From Squalus acanthias (taxonomy: Eukaryota), in contig CM059432.1 of assembly GCA_030390025.1 (NCBI GenBank), forward strand, positions 153,824,001 to 153,884,000: a stretch of 60,000 bases of DNA, written 5' to 3'. Of the stretch, positions 23,473 through 36,909 are shown piece after piece (positions within the stretch are counted from its first letter, which is position 1; every line of letters begins with the position of its first letter). A model generated the notes under the pieces. The model was not told the DNA's origin, did no database searches, and was given only the letters and a program-made list of their open reading frames with translations. Made by a program: the position numbers and the translations under genes.

Positions 23473-24490
23473 AAGATCAGTGTTTATTTAAAGGGGCACT
23501 GTCTTTGTGGTATACGTTTGTGTGATAAATGGGAAGTTTCATCACATCACGACTTATATCCAGTTATGAGATGTGATGGGTAAAATGCCACCGTCTGAAA
23601 ATCCGTCACCAGAAATTTCTTCCGGGTTTTGTTATCCCGATCGGCGCCACAGCTTTGGTGGAAGATCAGCGGCAACCCCGGATACACCGTGTCAATGTGA
23701 TTTCCGCCAAAGTTACGGTGACCAATGGAGGAACCTCTCCCATGGAAATTCCTGGTGCAGGTGTACAACTTACACCATTCAATATTGAAAAAACTCAATT
23801 AGTCTCAGGCACAACCTCCTACAGAACCATAGAAGTTTACAGTACAGAACTAGGCTGTTCAGCTCATCATGTCTAAGCCTGTAGTTTGCTGGAGCCACCC
23901 TAAACTAATCCCACTTCACTGCTCTCTCCCCATAGCCCTATACCTTCCTCTATTTCAAATGTTTATCTACTCTTCCCTTAAAGGATCCCACAGTCTCTGC
24001 CTCAAACACTCCGTGACAAATCATTCCATGCTCGAACAATCCTCCTAACCCCTCACCTCACTCTCTTAGTGACAATTTTAAATTTCAGCCAATTTGATTC
24101 ACTCCACATGATATCAAGAAACGGCTGAGCGCACTGGATACAGCAAAGGCTATGGGCCCTGACAACATCCCAGCTATCGTGCTGAAGACTTGTGCTTCAG
24201 AACTAGCCGCGCCTCTAGCCGAGCTGTTGCAGTACAGCTACAACACTGGCATCTATCCGACAATGTCGAAAACTGCCCCAGTATGTCCTGTCCACAAAAA
24301 GCAGGACAAATCCAACCCGGCCAATTACCGCCCCATCAGTCAACTCTCAATCATCAGCAAAGTGATGGAAAGAGTTATCAACAGTGCTATCAAGTGGCAC
24401 TTACTCACCAATAACCTGCTCACTGAGGCCCAGTTGGGGTTCCGCCAAGATCACTCGGCTCCCAACCCCATTACAGCCTTGGTCCAAACA

Positions 24491-25738
24491 TTTTTTGAGG
24501 GAGTAACTGGTAAAATAGATGGGGGAGAGCCAGTAGATGTGGTGTACCTGGACTTCCAAAAGGCCTTCGATAAGGTCCCACATAAAAGATTAGCAGGGAA
24601 AATTGAAGCTCATGGGATAAAGGGGAAAGTATTGACGTGGATAGAGAACTGGCTGTCAGATAGAAAACAGAGAGTTGGAATAAACGGCTCATTTTCTGAA
24701 TGGCAGGCAGTAACAAGTGGTGTACCACAGGGATCTGTCCTGGGTCCCCAGCTGTTCACAATTTACATTAATGACTTGGATCAGGGAGTCGGATGCAGCA
24801 TTTCCAAATTTGCAGACGACACTAAACTAGGAGGCGGGGTGGGCTCAGAGGAGGAGACCAGGAAGCTCCAGAGCGATTTGGACAGACTGGGTGATTGGGC
24901 GGATAAATGGCAGATGCACTATAATGTGGACAAGTGCGAAGTTATCCACCTTGGGTGCAGGAACGGGAGGGCAAATTATTATTTAAATGGCAATAAATTG
25001 GGAGAGGGGGAAGTACAGAGAGACCTGGGTGTTCTTGTACACCAGTCACTGAAGGCGAGCATGCAGGTGCAACAGGCGGTCAAGAAGGCAAACGGTATGC
25101 TGGCCTTCATAGCAAAAGGGTTGGAATACAGGAACAGGGATACCTTGCTGCAGCTGTACAGGGCACTGGTGAGACCACACCTCGAGTACTGTGTACAGTT
25201 TTGGTCGCCTCATCTGAGGAAAGATGTTCTTGCCATGGAGGGGGTGCAGCGGCGATTCACCAGGCTGATACCAGGAATGGCGGGATTGACCTATGAGGAG
25301 AGACTATGTAGTTTAGGGATGTACACACTGGAGTTTAGAAGATTGAGAGGGGACCTCATAGAAGTGTATAAAATTCTGACAGGTCTAGACAGACTAGATG
25401 CAGAAGGAATGTTTCCCTTGGCGGGTGAGAACAGAACTAGAGGACATAATTTAAGGATAAGGGCTAAACCATTTAGGACAGAAATGAGGGGGAATTTCTT
25501 CACTCAGAGGGTGGTGAACCTGTGGAACTCATTGCCACAGAGGGCAGTGTACGCCAGCTCATTAAATATATTTAAGAGGGAATTAGATATATTTCTACAG
25601 GCAAAAGGGGTTAAGGGTTACGGAGAGAAGGCGGGGACGGGATACTGAATTGGAGGATCAGCCATGATCTCATTAAATGGCGGAGCAGGCTCGAAGGGCC
25701 GGATGGCCTACTCCTGCTCCTATCTTCTATGTATCTAT
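24491..25738 (+). mobile_element. Young 5'-truncated CR1 (family A) with an open reading frame
   Basis: [27 protein letters not shown]...KGYGEKAGTGY* without disruption; TCTATG tail; host resumes at GACAAAGGAGCTG. Confidence 0.95.
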
Positions 25739-26628
25739 GGACAAAGGAGCTGAATTCCAGAGGTGAGGTGAGAGTGACTGCCCTTGACATCAAGGCAGCA
25801 TTTGACCAAGTGTGGCATCAAGGAGCCCTAGTAAAACTGAAGTCAATGGGAATCGGGGGGAAAAGGCTCCACTGGCTGGAGTCATACCTAGCACAAAGGA
25901 AGATGGTTGTGGTGGTTGAAGGTCAATCATCACAGCCCCAGGACATCACTGTAGGAGTTCCTCAGGGCAGTGTCCTAGGCCCAACCATCTTCAGCTGCTT
26001 CATCAATGACCTTCCCGCCAACATAAGGTCAGAAATTGGGATGTTCGTTGATGACTGCACAGTGTTCAGCACCATTCACAACTCCTCAGATAATGAAGCA
26101 GTCCATGCCCGCATGCAACAAGACTTGGACAACGTTCAGGCTTGGGCTGATAAGTGGCAGGTAACATTCGCACCACAGAAGTGCCAGGCAATGACTATCT
26201 CCAACAAGCGAGAGTCTAACCACCTCCCCTTGACATTCAACGGTATTACCATCACTGAATCCCCCACCATCAACATCCTGGGCATCACCATTGACCAGAA
26301 ACTTAACTGGACCAGCCACATAAATACTGTGGCAACAAGAGCAGGTCAGAGGCTAGGTATTCTGTGGCGAGTGTCTCACCTCCTGACTCCCCAAAGGCTT
26401 TCCACCATCTACAAGGCACAAGTAAGGAGTGTGATGGAATACTCTCCACTTGCCTGGATGAGTGCAGCTCCAACAACACTCAAGAAGCTCAACACCATCC
26501 AGGACAAAGCAGCCCGCTTGATTGGTACCTCATCCACCACCTTAAACATTCACTCCCTCCACCTTTGTACCATGGCTATAGTGTGTACCATCTACAAGAT
26601 GCACTGCAGCAACTCGCCAAGGCTTCTT

Positions 26629-27188
26629 TGAGTACTATGTGCAGTTTTGGTCGCCTTATCTGAGGAAGGATGTTCTTGCCATGGAAGGAGTTCAGCGAAG
26701 ATTCACAAGGCTGATACCTGGGATGGCAGGAATGACGTATGAAGAGAGATTGGGTCAATTAGGCTTATACTCGCTGGAGTTTAGAAGAATGAGAGGGGAT
26801 CTCATTGAAACTTATAAAATTCTGACAGGACAGGACAAACTAGATGCAGGAAGGATGTTCCCGATGGTCGGTGAGTCCAGAACCAGGGGGTCACAGTCTA
26901 AGGATAAGGGGTAAGCCATTTAGGACAGAAATGAGGAGGAATTTCTTCACCCAGAGAGTGGTGAACCTGTGGAATTCTCTGCCACAGAAGGCAGTAGAGG
27001 CCAATTCATTAAATAGATTCAAGAAGGAGTTGGATATATTTCTTAAGGCTAAAGGGATCAAGGGATATGGGGAGAAAGCAGGGACAGGGTACTGAATTTG
27101 GATGATCAGCCATGATCGCATTGAATGGCGGAGCAGGCTAGAGGGGCCGAATGGCCTACTCCTGCTCCTATCTTCTATGATTCTATGA
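26629..27188 (+). mobile_element. 5'-truncated CR1 (family A)
   Basis: ORFs 26639-26914 and 26844-27095; TTCTATGATTCTATG tail. Confidence 0.9.
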
Positions 27189-27879
27189 GCACCTCCCAAA
27201 CCCACGACCTCTTCCACCTAGAAGGACAAGGGCAGCAGGCACATGGGAACACCACCACCTCCAAGTTCCCCTTCAAGTCACATACCATGCTGAATTAGAA
27301 GTATATCGCTGATCCTTCATCGTCACTGGGTTAAAATCCTGGCGCTCCCTCCCTAACAGCACTGTGGGAGTACATTCACCACACGGACTGCAACGGTTCA
27401 AGAAGGCGGCTCACCACCACCTTCTCAAGGGCTATTAGGGATGGGCAATAAATGCTGGCCTTGCCAGCGACGCCCACATTCCATAAACAATTTTTTTTTT
27501 AAAATCGATGGCACCCTTGTCACTGACAACGCAGCCAGACTTTTACTATTCACTCTTTCGAAACCCTTCATAAATTTAAAATACCTCTGTTAAATTTCTA
27601 TTAGCTTTCTCTGCTCTGGTGGAAATAGTCTCAATATCACATGTCTCTCCTCACAACTATAGATTACCAACTTCAATAAAAATAAAAATCGGAAGAGATG
27701 TAAAATGGTCTGACGATTTGCTATTCCTCTGTTTTACAGTATCGCACAGTCAAAATTACCCCAGTGTCTTTTCATTGAGTGTATTCTCCCATTCCTTGTT
27801 CTTCCTCCCAAAATGTGTTAACACACTTCTGCCGCCTGTTTGCTGATTTTGTCCTCCCAATGTCTTTTACAGTCCTTCT

Positions 27880-28680
27880 TACTGTTGGTCAAATCTCCTA
27901 CTTGCATGTCGTCAGTAAATTTCAATACAATGCTCTCTGTGCTCAAGTTCGAATCATACATAGATAGGTAGGCAAAGAGACACTAACCCCTGGGGTACTC
28001 CACTTCCAACCTTTCTCCAATCCAAGCAACATCCATTAACCCCAACACCTGCCCATTAACCAACTTTCTATTTACGTTGCTATATTTTCTCATCCCACAT
28101 ATGCCTGAGTTTTTGTCACAAGTTTCCTATGAGACAACTTATTGAACACCTTCTGAAAATCTATATACACCACATCTACTGCATTCACCTTATTTATCCA
28201 ATCTGTTACCTCTTCAAAAAAACTATTAAACTTGTCAAACACTTGCATTTTTAAATCCTCACTAATTTGATCTCAAACTGACATTAGACTAACTGGTCTA
28301 TAGTTACCTGGTTTATCTTTCTCTCCCTTCCTGGACAGAGATGTTACATTAGTTCCCTGGTACAATTTCTCTTTAACTATTCTTTTACTTTTTACATGCT
28401 TATAAAAGCCCTCATTATTTCCCTTTATATTATCTGCTAGCCCCTTTTCATATTCCATTTTATCCCTTCTAATCTCCATTTTTCATCTCCCTACTACACT
28501 TTCTATATTTTTCCTCATGATTCTCTTTAGTATTGCTAGCCTCAGTTTTATAATATACCACTCTTTTAAATGTGTTTAGATTTTAATCTATTTATTCTTT
28601 AAAGCATCACTTTTCACCTTATAGGAATATATCTATTTTGTACTCTAACCATCTCATATATATACATTTCCCACTGTTGG
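27880..28680 (-). mobile_element. Old, fragmented CR1
   Basis: Remnants such as KPGNYRPVSL (ORF 28273-28479) and VDVVYIDFQK-like DNA at about 28150-28180. Confidence 0.6.
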
Positions 28681-28686
28681 CCTTTC

Positions 28687-28838
28687 AACAACAACTTGGA
28701 TTTTATATAGAGCGTTTAACGTAGTAAAACATCCCAAGGCGCTTCACAGGAGCGTAATCAGACAAACATTGACATTGAACCAAAGAAGGAGACATTAGGA
28801 CAGGAGCTTGGTCAATGTAGGTTTTAAGGTACGTCTTA
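28687..28838 (-). mobile_element. L2 LINE 3' end, continuing at about 34561-34598 beyond the nested inserts
   Basis: Aligns to 59200-59390; (GTT)n tail; TCTTA repeated at both junctions. Confidence 0.7.
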
Positions 28839-31090
28839 CATAGAAACATAGAAACATAGAAGATAGGAGCAGGAGAAGGCCATTCGGCCCCTCGAGCCTG
28901 CTCCGCCATTCGATGAGATCATGGCTGATCATCCAAATTCAGTACCCTGTCCCTGCCTTCTCCCCATATCCCTTGATCCCTTTAACTTTAAGAAATATAT
29001 CTAACTCCTTCTTGGTAGAGAATTCCACAGGTTCACCACTCTCTGGGTGAAGAAATTCCTCCTCATCTCAGTCCTAAATGGCTTACCCCTTATCCTTAGA
29101 CTGTGACCCCTGGTTCTGGACTCCCCCGCCATCGGAAACAGCCTTCCTGCATCTAGTCTGTCTAGTCCTGTTAGAATTTTATAAGTTTCAATGAGATCCC
29201 CTCTCATTCTTCTAAACTCCAGTGAGTATAAGCCCAATCGCCCCAATCTCTCCTCATACATCATTCCTGCCATCCCAGGTATCAGCCTGGTGAATCTTCG
29301 CTGCACTCCCTCCATGGCAAGAACATCCTTCCTCAGATAAGGCGACCAAAACTGCACACAATACTCAAGATGTGGTCTCACCAAGGCCCTGTACAACTGC
29401 AGCAAGACATCTTTGTTCCTGTACTCGAACCCTTTCGCTACGAAGGCCAACATACCATTTGCCTTCTTAACCGCCTGCTCCACCTGCATGCTTACCTTCA
29501 GCAACTGGTGCACAAGGACACCCAGGTCTCGTTGCACTTCCCCTTCTCCCAATCTATTGCCATTCAGATAATAATCTGCCTTCCTGTTTTTGCCACCAAA
29601 GTGGATAACCTCGCATTTATCCACATTATATTGCATCTGCCATGCTTCTGCCCAATCACCCAACCTGTCCAAATCATACTGGAGTTTCTCGGCATCCTCC
29701 CCACGGCACACACTCCCACCCAGCTTTGTGTCATCTGCAAACTTGGAGATATTACATCCAATTCCCTCGTCTAGATCATTAATATATATTGTGAATAGCT
29801 GGGGTCCTAGGACCGATTCCTACGGTACCCCACTAGACACTGCCTGCCACTTGGAAAAAGACCCGTTTATTCCAACTCTTTGCTTTTTGTCTGCCAACCA
29901 GTTCTCTATCCAAGTTAATACCTTGCCCCCAATCCCATGTGCCTAAACTTTACACGCTAATCTCTTATGCGGGACCTTATCAAAAGCCTTCTGAAAGTCC
30001 AAATACACCACATCCACTGGTTCTCCCTTATCTATTCTACCAGTTACATCCTCAAAAAATTCCAGTAGATTAGTCAAGCACGATTTACCTTTTGTAAATC
30101 CATGTTGACTTTGTCCGATCCTGTCACTGTTTTCCAAGTGCTCTGCTATTACATCTTTTATAATGGACTCTAGCATTTTCCCCACTACCGATGTCAGGCT
30201 TACTGGTCTATAATTCCCCGTTTTCTCTCTACCATCTTTTTTGAATAGTGGGGTAACATTAGCTACCCTCCAATCCATGGGTACTGTTCCAGAGTCTATA
30301 GAATTTTGGAAGATGACCAGCAATGCATCTACTATTTCTAGGGCCACTTCCTTAAGTACCCTAGGATGTAGATTATCAGGCCCTGGGGATTTATCGGCCT
30401 TCAATCCTGTCAATTTCCCTAACGCCATTTCCCTACAAATACTGATTTCTTTCAGTTCCTCCCTCTCATTAGACCCTATGTTCCCCGACATCTCTGGGAG
30501 GTTATTTGTGTCCTCCTTTGTGAAGACAGAACCAAAGTATGTATTTAATTGATCTGCCATTTCTTTGTTCCCCATTATAAATTTCCCTGATTCTGACTGC
30601 AAGGGACCTACGCTTAACTTCACCAATCTTTTTCTCTTCACATATCTATAAAAGCTTTTACAGTCAGTTTTTATGTTCCCTGCAAGCTTACTCTCATACT
30701 CTATTTCCCCCCTCTTAATTAATCCCTTTGTCCTCCTTTGTTGAATCCTATACTGCTCCCAATCCTCAGGTTTTCTGCTTTTTCTGGCCAATTTATATGT
30801 CCTACCTTGGATCTTATGCTATCCCTAATTTCCTTTTTTAGCCATGGTTGAGTCACCTTTTTTGTTTTATTTTTATGCCAAACTGGGATGAACAAATTCT
30901 GTAGTTCATTCATGCGATCTTTGAATGTTTGCCATTGCCTATCCACCGTCAACCCTTTGAGTGACATTCCCCAATCAATCCTACCCAACTCGCACCTCAT
31001 GCCATCATAGTTTCCTTTATTTAAATTCAGGACCCTAGTCTCTGAGTCAACTACTTCACTCTCCATCTTAATGAAGAATTCTATCATATT
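28839..31090 (-). mobile_element. 5'-truncated CR1 (family A)
   Basis: ORFs 30719-31087, 29943-30791 and 29001-29711; (TTTCTATG)n tail. Confidence 0.95.
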
Positions 31091-31203
31091 AGGAAAAGCA
31101 AAATACTGCGGATGCTGGAAATCTGAAATAAAAACAGAAAATGCTGGAAATACTCAACAGGTCAGGCAGCATCGGTGGAGAGAGAAACAGAGTTAACGTT
31201 TCA

Positions 31204-34200
31204 TATGAACATAAGAAATAGGAGAAGGAGTAGGCCATTCGGCCCTTTGAGCCTGCTCCGCCATTCAATGAGATCATGGCTGATCTTCTGCCTCAACTCG
31301 ATTCACCGGCCCTATCGCAATATTCCTTGATGCCTTTACTAGTCAGAAATCTATTGACTTCTGTTTTGAATATACCCAATGACTGAGCCTCCACAGCCCT
31401 CTGGGGTAAAGATTCACCACCCTCTGTGTGAAGAAATTTCTTCTCCTATCAGTCCTGAATGGCCTACCCTTTATCCTGAGGCTGTTGCCCCTGGTTCTAG
31501 ACTCCCCAGCCAAGGGAAACATTCTCCCAGCATCCACCCTATCAAGCCCTGTAATAATTTTGTATGCTTCAATGAGATCCCCTCTCATTCTTCTGAATTC
31601 AAGAGAATACAGGCCTAGTTTACTCAATCTCTTCTCATACGACAGTCCCGCCGTCCCAGGAATCAATCTCGTGAACCTTCGTTGCACTCCCTCTATGGCA
31701 AGTATATCCTTCCTTAGGTAAGGAGACCAAAATTGTACACAGTACTCCAGGTGTGGTCTCACCAAGGCCCTATATAATTAGAGTAAGACTTCTTTACTCC
31801 TGTACTCAAATCCTACTGTAATGAAGGCCAGCATACCATTTGCCTACCTAATGGCTTGCTGCACCTGCACATTCACTTTCAGTGACTCATGTACAAGGAT
31901 ACCCAGTACCCTTTGAGCATCTGTGTTCCCTAATCTTTCACCATTTAGGAAATACTCTGCCTTTCTGTTTTTTCGACCAAAGTGGATAACTTCACATTTA
32001 TCCACATTATATTCCATCTGCCATGTTCTCGCCCACTCACTGAGCCTGTCGAGATCCCCTTGAAGCCTCTTCACATCCTCTTCGCAACGGACACTGCCAC
32101 CTAGCTTTGTATCATCAGCAAATTTGGAAATGTTACATTTAGTCCCCTCATCCAAATCATTGATATAGATTGTGAATAGCTGGGGCCCAAGCACCGATCC
32201 TTGTGGTACCCCACTAGTCACAGCCTGCCATCCTGAAAAAGACCCGTTTATCCCTACTCTTTGTTTTCTGCCTGTTAACCAATTCTCAATCCATGCTACC
32301 CCCAATTCCATGTGCCCTAATTTTGTTCACCAACCTCTTGTGTGGGACCTTATCGAAGGCCTTCTGAAAATCCAGATACACCACATCCACCGGTTCCCTT
32401 TGTCTACTCCACTAGTTACATCCTCAAAGAACTCCAATGGGTTTGTCAAACAGGATTTCCCTTTCATAAATCCATGTTGACTCTGCCCAATCTTACTATT
32501 AGTTTCTAAGTGCCCAGTTATTGCATCCTTTATAATAGATTCCAGCATTTTCCCAACTACTGATGTGAGGCTAACAGGTCTGTAGTTCCCCGTTTTCTCT
32601 CTCCCTCCTTTCTTAAATAGCAGGGTTACATTTGCTATCCTCCAATCTGCAGGAACCGTTCCAGAATCTATAGAATTTTGGAAGATGACAACCAATGCGT
32701 CCACTATTCCAATGACCACCTCTTTCAAAACCCTAGGATGTAGGTCATCCGGTCCTTGGGATTTGTCGACTTTTAGTCCCATTAATTTTGCTAGTACTGT
32801 TTTTTTACTAATAATAACTTCTTTAAGTTCCTCATTCTCGTCACACCCTTGGTTTTCCCGTATTTCTGGGAGGTTTTTTGTGTCTTCCTCCGTGAAGACA
32901 GAAACAAAGTATTTATTTAATTTCTCGGCCATTTCCTCATTCCCCATTATAAATTCTCCCGTCTCTGACTGTAAAGGACCTACATTTACCTTCACCAGTC
33001 TTTTCCTTTTCACATACCTATAGAAGCTTTTACAATCCGTTTTTATATTTTTCGCTAGTTTGTGTTCATATTCCATTTTCCCTTTCTTTATCAATTTCTT
33101 GGTCCCCCTTTGCTGATTTCTAAAAAGATCCCAATCCTCAAGCTGACCGCTTTTTCTGGCAACTTTATAAGCTTCCTCCTTTGACTTAATACTAGCTTTA
33201 ATTTCTTTTGTTAGCCATGGTTGGATCACTTTTCCTTTTGGGTTTTTATGCCCTAGAGGAATATATGTTTGCTGCAAATTATGCATTATTTCCTTGAATG
33301 TTAGCCATTGTATGTCCACCTTCATACCTTTTAGTGTAGTCTCCCAATCTACCATGGCCAACTTGTCCCTCATACCCTTGTAGTTTCCTCTGTTTAGATT
33401 GAAGACCTTAGTTTCAGATTGGACTACATCACTCTCAAACTTAATGTAAAATTCAATCATATGGTCACTTGTCCCTAAAGGCCCCTTTACCACAAGATTA
33501 TTGATTAGTCCTTTCTCATTACACAGTACCAGATCCAGAATAGCCTGTTCCCTGGTTTTTTCCTCCACATACTGATCCAGGAAACCATCTCGCATGCATT
33601 CCAAGAATTCGTCCTCCACACCATTAGTGGTAATTTGATTTGCCCAGTCAATATGTAGATTAAAGTCCCCCATGATTACAGTATTACCCTTGTTACATGC
33701 ACTTCTAATCTCTTGATTGATACTGTGCCCTATATTACCACTACTGTTTGGTGGCCTATACACAACTCCCACCAATGTTTTCCACCCTTTGCTCTTTCTT
33801 AGCTCCACCCAAACTGATTCCAGTTCTACATCACGATCTGCCAAGCCAAGATCTTTTATCTCTGCTGTACCAATCTCATCCCTTATTAACAGCGCTACGC
33901 CACCTCCTTTTCCTTTTTGTCTGTCCTTCCTAAATGTTGAGTACCCTGGAACATTCAGTTCCCAGCTTTGGTTACCCTGCAACCATGTCTCTGTAATGGC
34001 AATTACATTATACCTGTTTACTTCTTTAATGCCATTAATTCATCCACCTTGTTGCGAATGCTATGTGCATTTAGAGAAAGTGCCTTCAACTTTGCCTGTT
34101 TAATATTTTTCTGCACTTTGACCCTCTTTACTGTTGGCCTTTGTTTCTGCTCCCTACTAGTTTTGCTGACTACTTTTCTAACTTGCACTTCCAGCTTTGT

Positions 34201-34419
34201 TTCTCTCTGTTCTGGGCCCGAACTTAGGTTCCCAGCCCCCTGACAAACTAGTTTAAATCCTTCCCAACAGCACTAGCAAACCCCCCTGCGAGGATATTGG
34301 CCCCAGTTCTGCCGAGGTGTAGCCCGTCCAGCTTGTACATGTCCCACCTTCCCCAGAATCGGTCCCAGTGCCTCAGGAATTTAAATCCCTCCCTCCTAAA
34401 CCATCTCTCCAGCCACGCA
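31204..34419 (-). mobile_element. CR1 with nearly complete ORF2 and the 3' end of an esterase-type ORF1
   Basis: ORF1 LNAWLERW...DGLHL; ORF2 segments 32327-33982, 31844-32311 and 31343-31765. Confidence 0.95.
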
Positions 34420-34459
34420 TTCAGGTCGATGATCTTTCCGATGACCTTTCGTCGGAACT

Positions 34460-34496
34460 GGTTCTGACGAAAGGTCATCGACCTGAAACGTTAATT
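34460..34496 (+). ncRNA. Minimal type I hammerhead ribozyme-like motif (P2 family)
   Basis: GGTT-CTGACGA-A-AGGTC atc GACCT-GAAAC GTT-AATT; palindromic stem III ACGT. Confidence 0.65.
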
Positions 34497-34861
34497 CTGT
34501 TTCTCTCTCCACAGATGCTGCCTGACCTGCTTAGTATTTCCAGCATTTCCTGTTTTTATTTCTTAAAAGAGGAGAGTTTAGGGAGGGAATTCTTGAGCTT
34601 TCAACCTCTTTGCCAACTTTTCTGCCTGGTTAATTTGGGCCAGATCCTTTCTTACTTCACTGAATTTCCCTTTTTTCCCAGTCCAGCACCCTGTTATTGC
34701 ATTAACCTGTCTAGAGTACAGTGTGCTAACTGCACATAATTTTCCTGATTCAGTTCCTTTCCACATCTATTCATAGCTCTCATTGTAGCTATGGTCTATT
34801 GTAAGGAGCTTGCCGAATGGGAGGGCTAGGAAAGTGCAATATAGATGAAATTTAAAGGGAT

Positions 34862-36909
34862 TGTAAGGTTTCCAAAATTTGCAGATCCCCAAAACCTAAG
34901 GAAAAAGGACTTTGGAACTACCGCAGAGTGATAACAATGCATTTGGGCTTAACATAAGGAATTTAAGACCAAAAACCAAGTTTTGGCATTTTAAAAGACA
35001 TGTTTGGACCTGTAAGGGAGAAAAGGCTGCACAGGAGGTGGGATCGACCTCTGTAAATAGCAGTTTTGGGTATTGCAGTTAAATTGCATTGTCTGGGGAA
35101 TCGGGATGACCTCATTCAAGCCCCAGCAAGCATTAACATTTTGACAATAGACCCTAGGAGAAGACAGTCTCATCCCATCAAAAAACAATCAGCTAAGAAG
35201 ATCGACAGGATGCAAACCATCCCAAAAAAAACCATTTGACACTTACAGAACCCATTAAAGACATGCATAAAGATAGGAGTCCGAGGCCCAGCAAGAAACC
35301 CAAAACATGAGGACAATGCAAACTCCGATTAAACAACAGATCGACAGGATGGAGCTATCCGGAAACCACTTCACACATTTACAAAACCAGTTAACACGCT
35401 AGTAAAGTCGTTAATGTTAACGAGGTCTTACAATGACCGGGATTTGATTTGGGGTAAATAAGGCCACTTCAATTTAATATAATTGAAGGCCCATCAAGCA
35501 GTTACAAGTTGGGCAGTTCAAGTTAAACAGAATTGAAAGCCTGTGTTGAACAGAGTTCAGGACAAGCAGGCAGAAGGCAGTTTCCACAGTTCTGCAAGAA
35601 GGCAGTTCCACAGCTCCAGAAGACAGTTTAAACAGAGGCAGAGTTACAGCAAGAAGTTCAACAAAGAAGGCCAACAACTTCACAAGCAGACCGACACGCA
35701 AGAAGAAACCAGAGCGACTGCCTCAGTGACCATCGGACACCTCGCGGCAACAAGGGCCTTATGAAACCTTTTACTCAAAAGACTCTAAACCCTAACTCTA
35801 AACTGTCAAGGATTCGTTTGGTGAGCATTATCCCTGGTTCTCCAGTGTCCAACCTAGCTAGTGAAGTGGGATTGGGAGGGGTGAAGTATTCTTCTAATGT
35901 TATTTCCCTCATTTGTACTGAAGTGTTCCCCACCTTTAGAGTGATAAGAGTGTTTGGGGTAAAAATTGAGTCGCGCCCCATTTGGGGCGCTAACCTCGCC
36001 GGGGCGCGACTTTTAGCGCCCCGAAAAAATTAGCGGCCCCGCGCCGGAACTTCAGTGGTTGCGCCCCAAGAGGGAAGCGGGGCGCCACTGGAAGCAGCCC
36101 GCATCCCTCTTGGGGCGCTGCGAGGGAATATCCTGGCGCTACGTGCCGCAGCGCCACGCGCTGCAGCACGTCGCACCGCGGTATTGCAGGCCTTCCTCCC
36201 CTTCTTAAAGGGGAGGGACCCTGCGCAGCGCGAACCGGGGCCCAGCTGGGCCCCCAGGGATCGGGAGTGCCGGCAAAAGAGCCCGGCACTCAAGAGAAGT
36301 GCCGGGCTCTTGGAGCGCAGCCGGCACTTCACGGTGGGGGGGCTTCACGGGGGCCGGGGACAGCAACGGGGGCAGGTGCTGGCAGGCGGCCAGCAACAAA
36401 AATGGCCGCCTGCCACCTCCCCTTTAAATATCGCCGCCCCGGCCGCACGTACGCCTCCCTGAACCCGTCGGACATAGCGTCTGGCGGTAAATCAGGGGGC
36501 GCGACTGAAGATCGCGGCTGGAGCGCGAGCGGGGTGCTGCGCACGGCGATGACGTCATCGCCGGCGGCGCAGCGCCACAGGGCGCTACCGGCTGGCGCCG
36601 CCGCTAACCTCCCGCTGAATTTTTCGGGAGGCGTGGGCGGCGCTGCGCCTGGGCGTTAGCTGCTTTACGCCCCATTAGCGCCCTCTTAAGGCGCTAACGG
36701 GAGGCGCAAGCAGCTGAATTTTTCCCCCTTTGTGTTGTGTTTTACTTCCTTGAATAAAAGTCAAAAGTTCTTTCATCAAAACCTGTTGTCTACTGCACCT
36801 TTGTTCACAACCCCCAAATAAGTCCAAGGTCTAGAACCAGGGGTGTGGGAGCGATTCGAACTGCTCACTGAGTCAGAGGTGAGGCTGACCCCACACACCA
36901 CCCCCTACA
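34862..36909 (+). mobile_element. Solo LTR (about 1.27 kb once the MITE is removed), Gypsy- or ERV-type
   Basis: Termini TGTAAGG...CCCTACA; 4-bp TSD GGAT at 34858-34861 and 36910-36913; AATAAA at 36753-36758; internal repeats starting GATCGACAGGATG at about 35200 and 35339. Confidence 0.8.
35956..36728. mobile_element. GC/CpG-rich Harbinger-like MITE inside the LTR
   Basis: TIR GGGGTAAAAATT / AATTTTTCCCCC; perfect TSD TTT. Confidence 0.9.

Larger units (their letters stand above)
24086..27490 (+). mobile_element. 5'-truncated CR1/L2-group LINE (family C), split by two CR1-A insertions
   Basis: RT pieces 24152-24490 and 25739-26628 ([21 protein letters not shown]); 3' end GGGCAATAAATGCTGGCCTTGCCAGCGACGCCCAC; second copy at 48572-50650. 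Confidence 0.9.
31091..34560. mobile_element. Fold-back PLE pseudo-LTR insertion (family P2): pieces 31091-31203 and 34420-34560, split by a CR1
   Basis: 31091-31203 is the reverse complement of 34485-34560 plus an extension; TTCA at both CR1 junctions; central hairpin 34439-34480; matches 56453-56551. Confidence 0.75.

Noticed and set aside
23606..23757. Imperfect inverted repeat CACCAGAAATTTC...GAAATTCCTGGTG
   Set aside because: Probably an old MITE remnant, but ends and TSD cannot be defined
35990..36659. Cluster of overlapping ORFs and CpG-rich sequence as a host first exon or promoter
   Set aside because: GC-rich stop-poor sequence bounded exactly by TIRs and a TTT TSD, so it is a MITE
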